A DNA stretch of 64,000 nucleotides from contig OZ024747.1 in the NCBI GenBank assembly GCA_964016885.1, forward strand, positions 49,786,001 through 49,850,000, read 5' to 3'. This DNA comes from Eledone cirrhosa (taxonomy: Eukaryota). How positions within the stretch are numbered: the stretch's first letter is position 1; each line of letters opens with the position of its first letter. Of this stretch, positions 49,335 to 61,550 are shown piece after piece. Both the position numbers and the translations under genes were made by a program. The notes beneath the pieces are model-generated. The model did not search any database and had not been told where the DNA came from. It was given only the letters and a program-made list of their open reading frames with translations.

Positions 49335-52300
49335 AGACTCTCAACACCAACACCTGAGATATGAGGAATGAAAGAGTTGTAGACTCTCAACACCAACACC
49401 TGAGATATGAGGAATGAAAGAGTTGTAGACTCTCACCACCAACACCTGAGATATGAGGAATGAAAGAGTTGTAGACTCTCAACACCAACACCTGAGATAT
49501 GAGGAATGAAAGAGTTGTAGACTCAACACCAACACCTGAGATATGAGGAATGAAAGAGTTGTAGACTCTCACCACCAACACCTGAGATTTGAGGAATGAA
49601 AGAGTTGTAGACTCTCAACACCAACACCTGAGATATGAGGAATGAAAGAGTTGTAGACTCTCAACACCAACACCTGAGATATGAGGAATGAAAGAGTTGT
49701 AGACTCTCAACACAAACACCTGAGACATGAGGAATGAAAGAGTTGTAGACTCTCAATACCAACACCTGAGATATGAGGAATAAAAGAGTTGTAGACTCTC
49801 AACACCAACACCTGAGATATGAGGAATGAAAGAGTTGTAGACTCTCAACACCAACACCTGAGATATGAGGAATGAAAGAGTTGTAGCCTCTCAACACCAA
49901 CACCTGAGATATGAGGAATGAAAGAGTTGTAGACTCTCAACACCAACACCTGAGATATGAGGAATGAAAGAGTTGTAGACTCTCAACACCAACACCTGAG
50001 ATATGAGGAATGAAAGAATTGTAGCCTCTCAACACCAACACCTGAGATATGAGGAATGAAAGAGTTGTAGCCTCTCAACACCAACACCTGAGATATGAGG
50101 AATGAAAGAGTTGTAGACTCTCAACACCAACACCTGAGATATGAGGAATAAAAGAGTTGTAGACTCTCAACACCAACACCTGAGATATGAGGAATGAAAG
50201 AGTTGTAGACTCTCAACACCAACACCTGAGATATGAGGAATGAAAGAGTTGTAGACTCTCAACACCAACACCTGAGATATGAGGAATGAAAGAGTTGTAG
50301 ACTCAACACCAACACCTGAGATATGAGGAATGAAAGAGTTGTAGCCTCTCAACACCAACACCTGAGATATGAGGAATGAAAGAGTTGTAGACTCTCAACA
50401 CCAACACCTGAGATATGAGGAATGAAAGAGTTGTAGACTCTCAACACCAACACCTGAGATTTGAGGAATGAAAGAGTTGTAGACTCTCAACACCAACACC
50501 TGAGATATGAGGAATGAAAGAGTTGTAGACTCTCAACACCTGAGATATGAGGAATGAAAGAGTTGTAGACTCTCAACACCAACACCTGAGATATGAGGAA
50601 TAAAAGAGTTGTAGACTCTCAACACCTGAGATATGAGGAATGAAAGAGTTGTAGACTCTCAACACCTGAGATATGAGGAATGAAAGAGTTGTAGACTCTC
50701 AACACCAACACCTGAGATATGAGGAATAAAAGAGTTGTAGACTCTCAACACGTGAGATATGAGGAATGAAAGAGTTGTAGACTCTCAACACCAACACCTG
50801 AGATATGAGGAATGAAAGAGTTGTAGACTCTCAACACCTGAGATATGAGGAATGAAAGAGTTGTAGACTCTCAACACCAACACCTGAGATATGAGGAATA
50901 AAAGAGTTGTAGACTCTCAACACCAACACCTGAGATATGAGGAATGAAAGAGTTGTAGACTCTCAACACCAACACCTGAGATATGAGGAATGAAAGAGTT
51001 GTAGACTCTCAACACCAACACCTGAGATATGAGGAATGAAAGAGTTGTAGACTCTCAACACCAACACCTGAGATATGAGGAATGAAAGAATTGTAGCCTC
51101 TCAACACCAACACCTGAGATATGAGGAATGAAAGAGTTGTAGCCTCTCAACACCAACACCTGAGATATGAGGAATGAAAGAGTTGTAGACTCTCAACACC
51201 AACACCTGAGATATGAGGAATAAAAGAGTTGTAGACTCTCAACACCAACACCTGAGATATGAGGAATGAAAGAGTTGTAGACTCTCAACACCAACACCTG
51301 AGATATGAGGAATGAAAGAGTTGTAGACTCTCAACACCAACACCTGAGATATGAGGAATGAAAGAGTTGTAGACTCAACACCAACACCTGAGATATGAGG
51401 AATGAAAGAGTTGTAGCCTCTCAACACCAACACCTGAGATATGAGGAATGAAAGAGTTGTAGACTCTCAACACCAACACCTGAGATATGAGGAATGAAAG
51501 AGTTGTAGACTCTCAACACCAACACCTGAGATTTGAGGAATGAAAGAGTTGTAGACTCTCAACACCAACACCTGAGATATGAGGAATGAAAGAGTTGTAG
51601 ACTCTCAACACCTGAGATATGAGGAATGAAAGAGTTGTAGACTCTCAACACCAACACCTGAGATATGAGGAATAAAAGAGTTGTAGACTCTCAACACCTG
51701 AGATATGAGGAATGAAAGAGTTGTAGACTCTCAACACCTGAGATATGAGGAATGAAAGAGTTGTAGACTCTCAACACCAACACCTGAGATATGAGGAATA
51801 AAAGAGTTGTAGACTCTCAACACCTGAGATATGAGGAATGAAAGAGTTGTAGACTCTCAACACCAACACCTGAGATATGAGGAATGAAAGAGTTGTAGAC
51901 TCTCAACACCTGAGATATGAGGAATGAAAGAGTTGTAGACTCTCAACACCAACACCTGAGATATGAGGAATAAAAGAGTTGTAGACTCTCAACACCAACA
52001 CCTGAGATATGAGGAATGAAAGAGTTGTAGACTCTCAACACCAACACCTGAGATATGAGGAATGAAAGAGTTGTAGACTCTCAACACCAACACCTGAGAT
52101 ATGAGGAATGAAAGAGTTGTAGACTCTCAACACCAACACCTGAGATATGAGGAATGAAAGAGTTGTAGACTCTCAACACCAACACCTGAGATATGAGGAA
52201 TGAAAGAGTTGTAGACTCTCAACACCAACACCTGAGATTTGAGGAATGAAAGAGTTGTAGACTCTCAACACCAACACCTGAGATATGAGGAATGAAAGAG

Positions 52301-54902
52301 TTGTAGACTCTCAACACCAACACCTGAGATATGAGGAATGAAAGAGTTGTAGACTCTCAACACCAACACCTGAGATATGAGGAATGAAAGAGTTGTAGAC
52401 TCTCAACACTAACACCTGAGATATGAGGAATGAAAGTGTTGTAGACTCTCAACACCAACACCTGAGATATGAGGAATGAAAGAGTTGTAGACTCTCAACA
52501 CCAACACCTGAGATATGAGGAATGAAAGAGTTGTAGACTCTCAACACCAACACCTGAGATATGAGGAATGAAAGAGTTGTAGACTTTCAACACCAACACC
52601 TGAGATATGAGAAATGAAAGAGTTGTAGACTCTCAACACCAACACCTGAGATATGAGGAATGAAAGAGTTGTAGACTCTCAACACCAACACCTGAGATAT
52701 GAGGAATGAAAGAGTTGTAGACTCTCAACACCAACACCTGAGATATGAGGAATGAAAGAGTTGTAGACTCAACACCAACACCTGAGATATGAGGAATGAA
52801 AGAGTTGTAGACTCAACACCAACACCTGAGATATGAGGAATGAAAGAGTTGTAGACTCTCAATACCAACACCTGAGATATGAGGAATGAAAGAGTTGTAG
52901 ACTCTCAACACCAACACCTGAGATTTGAGGAATGAAAGAGTTGTAGACTCTCAACACCAACACCTGAGATATGAGGAATGAAAGAGTTGTAGACTCTCAA
53001 CACCAACACCTGAGATATGAGGAATGAAAGAGTTGTAGACTTTCAACACCAACACCTGAGATATGAGAAATGAAAGAGTTGTAGACTCTCAACACCAACA
53101 CCTGAGATATGAGGAATGAAAGAGTTGTAGACTCTCAACACCAACACCTGAGATATGAGGAATGAAAGAGTTGTAGACTCTCAACACCAACACCTGAGAT
53201 ATGAGGAATGAAAGAGTTGTAGACTCAACACCAACACCTGAGATATGAGGAATGAAAGAGTTGTAGACTCAACACCAACACCTGAGATATGAGGAATGAA
53301 AGAGTTGTAGACTCTCAATACCAACACCTGAGATATGAGGAATGAAAGAGTTGTAGACTCTCAACACCAACACCTGAGATTTGAGGAATGAAAGAGTTGT
53401 AGACTCTCAACACCAACACCTGAGATATGAGGAATGAAAGAGTTGTAGACTCTCAACACCAACACCTGAGATATGAGGAATGAAAGAGTTGTAGACTCTC
53501 AACACCAACACCTGAGATATGAGGAATGAAAGAGTTGTAGACTCTCAACACCAACACCTGAGATATGAGGAATGAAAGAGTTGTAGCCTCTCAACACCAA
53601 CACCTGAGATATGAGGAATGAAAGAGTTGTAGCCTCTCAACACCAATACCTGAGATATGAGGAATGAAAGAGTTGTAGACTCTCAACACCAACACCTGAG
53701 ATATGAGGAATGAAAGAGTTGTAGACTCTCAACACCAACACCTGAGATATGAGGAATGAAAGAGTTGTAGCCTCTCAACACCAACACCTGAGATATGAGG
53801 AATGAAAGAGTTGTAGCCTCTCAACACCAATACCTGAGATATGAGGAATGAAAGAGTTGTAGACTCTCAACACCAACACCTGAGATATGAGGAATGAAAG
53901 AGTTGTAGCCTCTCAACACCAATACCTGAGATATGAGGAATGAAAGAGTTGTAGACTCTCAACACCAACACCTGAGATATGAGGAATGAAAGAGTTGTAG
54001 ACTCTCAACACCAACACCTGAGATATGAGGAATGAAAGAGTTGTAGACTCTCAACACCAACACCTGAGATATGAGGAATGAAAGAGTTGTTGACTCTCAA
54101 CACCTGAGATATGAGGAATGAAAGAGTTGTAGACTCTCAACACCTGAGATATGAGGAATAAAAGAGTTGTAGACTCTCAACACCAACACCTGAGATATGA
54201 GGAATGAAAGAGTTGTAGACTCTCAACACCAACACCTGAGATATGAGGAATGAAAGAGTTGTAGACTCTCAACACCTGAGATATGAGGAATGAAAGAGTT
54301 GTAGACTCTCAACACCAACACCTGAGATATGAGGAATGAAAGAGTTGTAGACTCTCAACACCAACACCTGAGATATGAGGAATGAAAGAGTTGTAGACTC
54401 TCAACACCAACACCTGAGATATGAGGAATGAAAGAGTTGTAGACTCAACACCAACACCTGAGATATGAGGAATGAAAGAGTTGTAGTCTCTCAACACCAA
54501 CACCTGAGATATGAGGAATGAAAGAGTTGTAGACTCTCAACACCAACACCTGAGATATGAGGAATGAAAGAGTTGTAGACTCTCAACACCAACACCTGAG
54601 ATATGAGGAATGAAAGAGTTGTAGACTCTCAACACCAATACCTGGGATATGAGGAATGAAAGAGTTGTAGACTCTCAACACCAACACCTGAGATATGAGG
54701 AATGAAAGAGTTGTAGACTCTCAACACCAACACCTGAGATATGAGGAATGAAAGAGTTGTAGACTCTCAACACCAATACCTGGGATATGAGGAATGAAAG
54801 AGTTGTAGACTCTCAACACCAACACCTGAGATATGAGGAATGAAAGAGTTGTAGTCTCTCAACACCAACACCTGAGATATGAGGAATGAAAGCGTTGTAG
54901 AC
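49335..54902. repeat. 46-bp tandem minisatellite/satellite, ~120 copies
   Basis: Monomer AGACTCTCAACACCAACACCTGAGATATGAGGAATGAAAGAGTTGT with 44-bp and 40-bp deletion variants. Confidence 0.99.
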
Positions 54903-55363
54903 AATGACTTCCTATATAATTAATCTACTTTAACTCACAGGTAAAGTGTAAGAATGTCTGAAATCTTCACAACCGCCATTGGACAATCCAGCTTGTTTCA
55001 AATTTGGGGTAATATTGACTTTTGTGAGGGCCCATTTTATGATTAGTTCCAATTTGGTGTGGCAAATGATGATATTTGCATTTAGTTAACTTGAGAATCT
55101 GTGAAGTCCCTTGAAATCATATGACATCCAAACTATGTAGGTCACCGATGTTTGTCACAGGCAAAGTATCAACCTGATCCCCAGAAAGTTTGAGACTTGC
55201 TGGAAATTGGTAAAACCATGAATATTGATAAGGTTTATAAAAAAAAAAGCAGTCGAAAATGTGTTTCAACTATAAACTGTACTTAATTCTCTGGATCAAT
55301 ATATAATGCTATGGAACTAGTAAACAGACTTCTCCCCAGTGTAGAACTTCACCTACCTCTCTG

Positions 55364-55657
55364 TTGGAAATATTCCATGCTGGAACAGCTGGAGTGCTTC
55401 AGTTTATCAGAAAAATCTCATTAATTGGGTATGTGGTTAGAATGTCTCAGGAAAGAATCATTGGACAGATTTTACGGGCAAAACCAGCCGGCAGGAGATC
55501 CAGGGCTATACCTCAAGCAAGATGGTTGGATAACATCCATGAGCTTGGATGGTCTAGCTTGAAGATCCAGCCGGATCAGTTGGAGATGGTTTCTTCTGAC
55601 AGGAGCCGTTGGAAAGAGTGTTTGAGGACTCTGCCCCCATGGCTTTCTGCGGAATAG
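55364..55657 (+). pseudogene. LINE RT C-terminal remnant (RTE-like)
   Basis: LIGYVVRMSQERIIGQIL..PAGRRSRAIPQARWLDNI resembles the conserved W.GHV.RM...R..GRP..RW.D end of LINE ORFs. Confidence 0.65.
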
Positions 55658-55912
55658 GTGGACGAAGAAGAATTATTGAAAGAATAACAATTTGCAGAAA
55701 GTAATTAGAAAAACAAAAATTTCCTACAAAAAAAAAAGCATAAAAATGGTGAGAGAAGACCTGCATATGGAACCACCCGCACCCGGTGTATGATTGATAA
55801 AGAGGGAGACTTGATAGTTTCAAATATATAAACTATAATTTAACACAAATATAAACAATCATATACTTCCACACACACACATATATATATATATATACAT
55901 ATATATATATGT

Positions 55913-56280
55913 GAAGGCGCATGGTTTAGTGGTTAGAGCATTGGGCTTGCAATCAAAAGGTTGTGAGTTCAATACTCGGACCGGGTGATGTGTTGTTTCC
56001 TTAGGCAAGACACTTTATTTCACATTGCTCCAGTTTACTCAGCTGTAGAAATGAGATGATAGGGACTGCAAAGTGGTCGTGGAGGTGCCACGGCAAAAAA
56101 GCACCCAGCACTCACTGTAAATGAGGTTGGTGTTAGGAAGGGCATCCAGCTGTAGAAATCAAGCCAGAATCAGTTCTCGTATGAGCAAGACAAGGTCAGC
56201 CGACCGGACACTGCCCACAACAGGACAACCCATCTAACCCATGCTAGCGTGGAAGAACGGACGTAAAACGGTGATGATGA
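55913..56280 (+). mobile_element. Full-length tRNA/CORE family A SINE with the longer alternative tail
   Basis: A/B boxes, CORE-like segment, AGGAAGGGCATCCAGCTGTAGAAA, tail CTAACCCATGCTAGCGTGGAAGAACGGACGTAAAACGGTGATGATG; preceded by (TA)n. Confidence 0.9.
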
Positions 56281-56588
56281 TATACACTCATTTATACATA
56301 CATATATAGGTACAGGTAAATGTGTGTATGCATAAACCTTTCCCATGTCCTAGAAAATATTTTAAATAATACTATATTACCTTATCTTTCTGTACAAACA
56401 TCATGACAAACTGATTAGTTACCACTCATAATCCCGTCCCACATCTAAATTTTTTTTTTTTTTTTTTACATTTTTCTATTCTTTTATTACATTTATATCA
56501 GATACAAATATATACATATAATCAATTAATTATTCAAATTACAAATTAAAAAGAATATATATTAAGTAAAAAGAAATAGAAATATAAT

Positions 56589-56778
56589 TGTTTCTACTTT
56601 TGCAATTACCCAGTACATTACCCAGTACATTACTGGTACTTTATTTTATCGACCCTGTAAGGATGAAAAGCAAAGTTAACCTCGGCGGGATTTGAACTCA
56701 GATCGTAAAGGGACGTAACTCTGCTGCAAAGCATGGCATCCGACTCTCTACCGATACTGCCAATTCACTGCCCCTTCA
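56589..56778 (-). mobile_element. SINE family B copy flanked by a 26-bp direct repeat
   Basis: TAAGTAAAAAGAAATAGAAATATAAT at 56563-56588 and 56779-56804. Confidence 0.8.
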
Positions 56779-56899
56779 TAAGTAAAAAGAAATAGAAATA
56801 TAATAATACAATGCTTACAGAATGAAAGCACAAATGAATATAATATAAAGGAAGGGGTGGACAACCGAGCCACCACCAGAGTAAAAGATAGCAGTATCG

Positions 56900-58430
56900 C
56901 GAGGAGCAGTGGGAAACCTCTCTAAGGATTTTTGAGGCAAGCCAGCATGCTCGCAGTGTTACCTTGAGTAAGGGCGAGGCTGATGCGCTGGAACAACCAA
57001 GCGCTCTCACAAACTTTATAAGTTACCTCTGTTAGGCGAGCTACCAGTGAAGATAGGAATCTCGCAGTCAGCAGCCCGACTTCCCCGAACATCTCGAATG
57101 TCATATGCTGAAAAATGAAAAATGTAGCTGGCCGACAGATCACAATATTTTATGATTTTGCTCCGTTCGGCTGCGGAAGCTGTGGCTCTCACCCTAACCG
57201 CAGTGTCCAGGATGTGGGAAAAAACAAAAGAGACACTAACTGTGATGTCCCAGACAAGGCATTTGCCTCTTGACCAGGGGCTCAGGGTAAGGCCATCAGG
57301 TCTTTTCCCATCACTCCTGAACAACCCAGATGTTTCCAAGATTGAGGAGATGTTCGCCAAAGCTCTCTTGAAAATAGGGTTTAACTCCGTGTGATGTGCG
57401 AAGCAACTGGCATTCAGGTAACAAGAAAGACCATGGAGTCGAGGAGTTTGCCACATCAACCCCCTCAAACTCGTACAGAATTCAGCTCCCACTCTGAGGG
57501 CAATGGAGACACAAAGTTTGTCCAAGCTGAGTAGGCCACTAACGTTAGCCACGGGTAGGGCCTCAATCTAGTCACCTGAGTATTTGGTGCTAGCAGATAG
57601 TAAGCGGCACCTTGCAAACTGATCCAACTGTACAAAGAGGGAGTCAATGTGGCCTTTGAACTTATGCTGTCCCAAGCTCTCTGACTTCCACTGTCCTCCA
57701 CCTCTTCAGGAACAGACAAGCCCAACTCACTCCATGTTGGAACGAGTCCATGTTGGAGAGGAAAGGAAGTTGCTCACCAGGATGGAGCAAGTGTGGGTGG
57801 AAGAAAGGAAACAGGAGAGAGGGACGAACATTTATGAAGACCAAATCGCTTGGGCAACGCAGAATGATCGCGTGACTCTGGAAAGAGTCTAACATTGACC
57901 AAGTACTCGAGTATCTTGAGGATTAGGTCATTGAAGCATTGGAGGCAGGACGGAAATCTGTGAGAATGCTGACCCTGAGCAGATATAGAAGCTTAAGAAT
58001 CAAAAGGTAGTTTCTGAGAATGAAAAAAAACCTTGATGGGGTTCGATTGCTTTAATATTCTTCAGCAGCTGCCCAAGGCCAGCCACCTTCAATCGGAAAA
58101 TTGACTTGAAGGCAAGGTCTGTAATTTAGGCTCCTAAGGAGCACCAAGCCGACGTGGAGAGGGACTGCAATGGAAGGGAAGGACTCCGTAAACAGGTTGA
58201 TTGTCTGTTGGTGTTGAGAAGCTGGGTGGTTGAGGATCCAGAACTCACATTTGGAGCTATTGACCTGGAGACCCCGACGGCCAAGCTCCTCAACCATTTT
58301 GTTAGCTGTAGCGAGAACCTTGGAGTTCCCTCCAAACAAGCGTCATTGAGATACCAAACACTGAGTTCACTCAGATACCAAACATTGAGTTCTCTCAGCT
58401 GAGGACAACATCACAGCTGACAGAGTTAAA
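56900..58430 (-). pseudogene. Decayed CRE-like non-LTR retrotransposon, fragment B (RT end + zinc knuckle + restriction-like endonuclease)
   Basis: VWYLNDA..GLQVNSSKCE; HGLSC..FAHH; DGKRPDGLTLSPWSRGKCLVWDITV; AAERSKIIKY; QRISLALTQGN; multiple frameshifts. Confidence 0.8.
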
Positions 58431-58479
58431 AGCATTCTTGAGGTCAGGTTTGAGGATGACCTTGGGGGACAACATTTGT

Positions 58480-59945
58480 GTGGCTCGCAGATCCAGAAGC
58501 TGAGCCTCAGGGAATCCCTGATTCACAGGATATCATTATGCAGCTGTGTACCTGTCGAAAAGGAGGTTAAGGCATTGAGCCAGGCACCGCTGTGGGGTTA
58601 TGAGGCTGAACAAAAACATGCAAAGCTTTGCTCCTTGAGCTGACTCGTTAGCCTGTCTGAGGCCACATCACACTGGAAGGCGTCCCATATGCTCTGGAGG
58701 GATTTGACATCTACAGGTAGAAGAGGAGAAGGGACTTTTCTGGGCAGAATCTGTACCAGTTCTAAGTCTTGCATGTGGCCTCATGTTCCACAATCACAGT
58801 GGATTCAATTATGTTGTGGAGAACCCTGTTGATGAGGATGCGGCAAGAGGATACCGACGAAAGAAACGCTAGCAAAGCCAGCAAGACTGGAGACCAGAGA
58901 CCAAAGCCATCATTTCTAACAGATAAAGTGGCCTGTTGCCATCCAAAGTCATCAAACCTGGCATTGCATATCACCTCAGCTGCCACTCGGATACAAGTAT
59001 TGAGGTCAGTGAGGAGAGATGTGTGGCTGTAGCTAGGAGCACTATGAAGTGTGTAGAGGAACTTTGGCATAACAAAGCAGTTCTTCAACAGGAAAACAGC
59101 TAGATGGGTTTCAATTATGCCCAATCTGCTAATGAGGGTCGTGAGCTGCTGGAGCCAGGACCTGATGGTGGAGCAGATAGCCAGCAGAAAGATTGGCAAC
59201 CCAAGAGTGAGGACATCTCCTTTCGGGGTCACCTGTACCTAGCAGAGAATGAATCGCACATCTGAGATGGAGGTTGCAAAGCCCTCTGCATTATAGTTGA
59301 CATTTACCACCTCTCACTTGGACGAGTTGACCTTGAGGCTGATTCCTGCCAGAGGAGGAACCACTGATCACAGGTCGTGGCAGACAGTTTCCATAGGCAT
59401 GCCCAACGTGGCATCATCCGGGTACCAAACATTGAAAAGGGCCATGATGGTCTGAACAATGTGGTCTGTACTGAGAGCAAAAAGGAGGAGGCCCAAAACG
59501 TCACCCTCTTGAACTCCAGAGGCTGAAGGTATGACCATGTCAGTAGCAAGGAGCATGCTTGGGGATCCATAAGAACCAGGTAGGCCAGTGGGTAGACAGA
59601 GAGGGCTCGTCTGAGCCAGGCCTTGATCAGATGGTCACATCATAGGCAGTTAAAGGTATTCTTCATGTCAAGCTTCAGAATGAGGTGCCTGGCATGAGGT
59701 ACCAGTTCTGGTGAGCAATTGTTGAAGAACTGCCTAGCTACATGTGTGGCTCTCTCATACACATTGGACACATCGAACCGTAGTTGCACCGGGCTGAGCT
59801 CCTTGCCCAGTTCAGGTGTGATGGACCTGCAGACCACCTTAGCAGTCAGCCTCTGGATGACATTGCTCACAGCAATGGGGTGTATGCCACCCTCTTTATT
59901 CCTGAGAGTGCTTAGGTTGGCTGAAAAGCAGAGGCCTAGGGTACC
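58480..59945 (-). pseudogene. Decayed CRE-like non-LTR retrotransposon, fragment A (RT + thumb)
   Basis: GGIHPIAV..QRLTAK, PVQL, LKLDMKNTFN, GVQEGDVLGLLLF, WYPDD, WQQATLSV..GFGL, HSGAWLNA. Confidence 0.8.
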
Positions 59946-60012
59946 ATGATTTGAACCACATAAAGATTTGATACTTTTTGTTATTTTCATTATTGCTGAG
60001 ATTACATTAGTG

Positions 60013-60260
60013 AAGGTGCATAATGTAGTGGTTAGAGTGTTGAGCTCACGATCATATAGTTGTGAATTCAATTTCCAGTGTGTTGCCTCCTTGAGCAAGA
60101 CACTTTATTTCAGTTGCTTTAGTTACACCTTCTCACACATTATGTAGCACTGAATCTCCCTGAGAACTACGTTAAACATGCACTTGTTTATGAAATACTC
60201 AGCTGTCACTTGAACATTAATTCCACTAACAGGCAGCTCCATTGATTGGACCAGCTGGTT
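60013..60260 (+). mobile_element. Degenerate tRNA/CORE SINE, third body type
   Basis: GTAGTGGTTAGAGTG..TGTGAATTCAATT..CCTTGAGCAAGACACTTTATTTCA; the 3' body is related to 34045-34150. Confidence 0.7.
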
Positions 60261-61030
60261 CAACAACAATAACAACATATACTAACAATTCTTTGCTGAT
60301 ATTTCATCTTCCTCCACTCACCAAATTAGGTTTCAAGCAGTCCAGAAACAAAACCCGTCAAAAATTGTTTTTCAAACAACAAAATAATAGACATTATTTT
60401 TGTTGTATTCATTATTGTTGACATTACATTAGCCTCTCATTAATCCCATCCAATTTCTGTTAACCCACAATGGCCCTAAATGTTATCATTAAGTTATTCA
60501 AACTAGATGAAAAAGAATGTTGTGACGTATGTCTCGACAGATTTGTCAAAGCTTAGTTATTTATTAAAGACTATCAAAAGGAATTTTAAAACTTCATAAG
60601 ATATGTTCATCGATATATAAGGTTTCACTTACGATTCCATCTGTGTACATATTCTTCTATAGAAGAATATGTACAATATATCATGTTTTTTTTATGATAT
60701 ATGGCTCTTTCCCTCTATATATATAAACATATATCTTTTAATTTGGTTATTATGGCTGTAGATAGCTTCTTGAAGTCTGTTCCTCAAATTCTCTTTCAGA
60801 AAGAGAATTTGCTTCAAAATCACTAGACGTATCTGAGGAACTTGCGAATCCAGAGTCAGGTTCGATCCACAAACAGATCACACCTGTTCGCCGGAGAAAC
60901 AATTGTAGTACGTAATATTAAGGCTATTATTTTTAGCATATCCACTCACACCACTTCTAACGTCCAGCGCATGAGGTGAGATATTTATTTGTGTGTCTTT
61001 TAGCTGTATGTGTTTGTTCCATTTAATCTT

Positions 61031-61118
61031 ATCTCTCGCTGAGGAAAGCCTACGGATTATCTGTTACAAACAAATTTTCAGGGCGAAACAGATTAAATCT
61101 CTAATCTGTCTGAAAGAT
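61031..61118 (+). ncRNA. Type I hammerhead ribozyme motif with a full 7-bp stem III and GUC site
   Basis: ATCTCTCG-CTGAGGA-aaGCC...GGC-GAAA-CAGATTA aatctc TAATCTG-TC-TGAAAGAT. Confidence 0.75.
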
Positions 61119-61347
61119 GAAATAGTTATTGAGACGGTCTGTATATATATTCTATATCTTCTGTTTGGTTCAGGTTAAATTTATCAAACCAATGTGGTAT
61201 TGTAACCCTCGTAATTTTAGACACACAATTTACTGTGTTTATTTCTACATATATTATTATATAATGCTCAGTATTTATACTTTGAGCTTGTTAATTTCAG
61301 GGTATCAATATGAGTTAGTAATTCTATTTTATTTGTATAAATATATG

Positions 61348-61388
<41 letters not shown>

Positions 61389-61550
61389 GCTGCTGCTACT
61401 ACCTGCCTAACTAACTCTCTCCTCCTCTGGCGCATCCCAACACACCCTGCCATTACCCCACCACCACTGTCCTTCTAGCCCTCAATTTTCCCACCGTTAT
61501 GGATGGATGAGCTGGGAATACACGAGCAACTCTGAATCAATAGATGAAAT

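Noticed and set aside
60834-60870. CTGAGGA followed by stem AACTTG/CAGGTT
   Set aside because: No GAAA after the stem (CGATC), so not a complete hammerhead.
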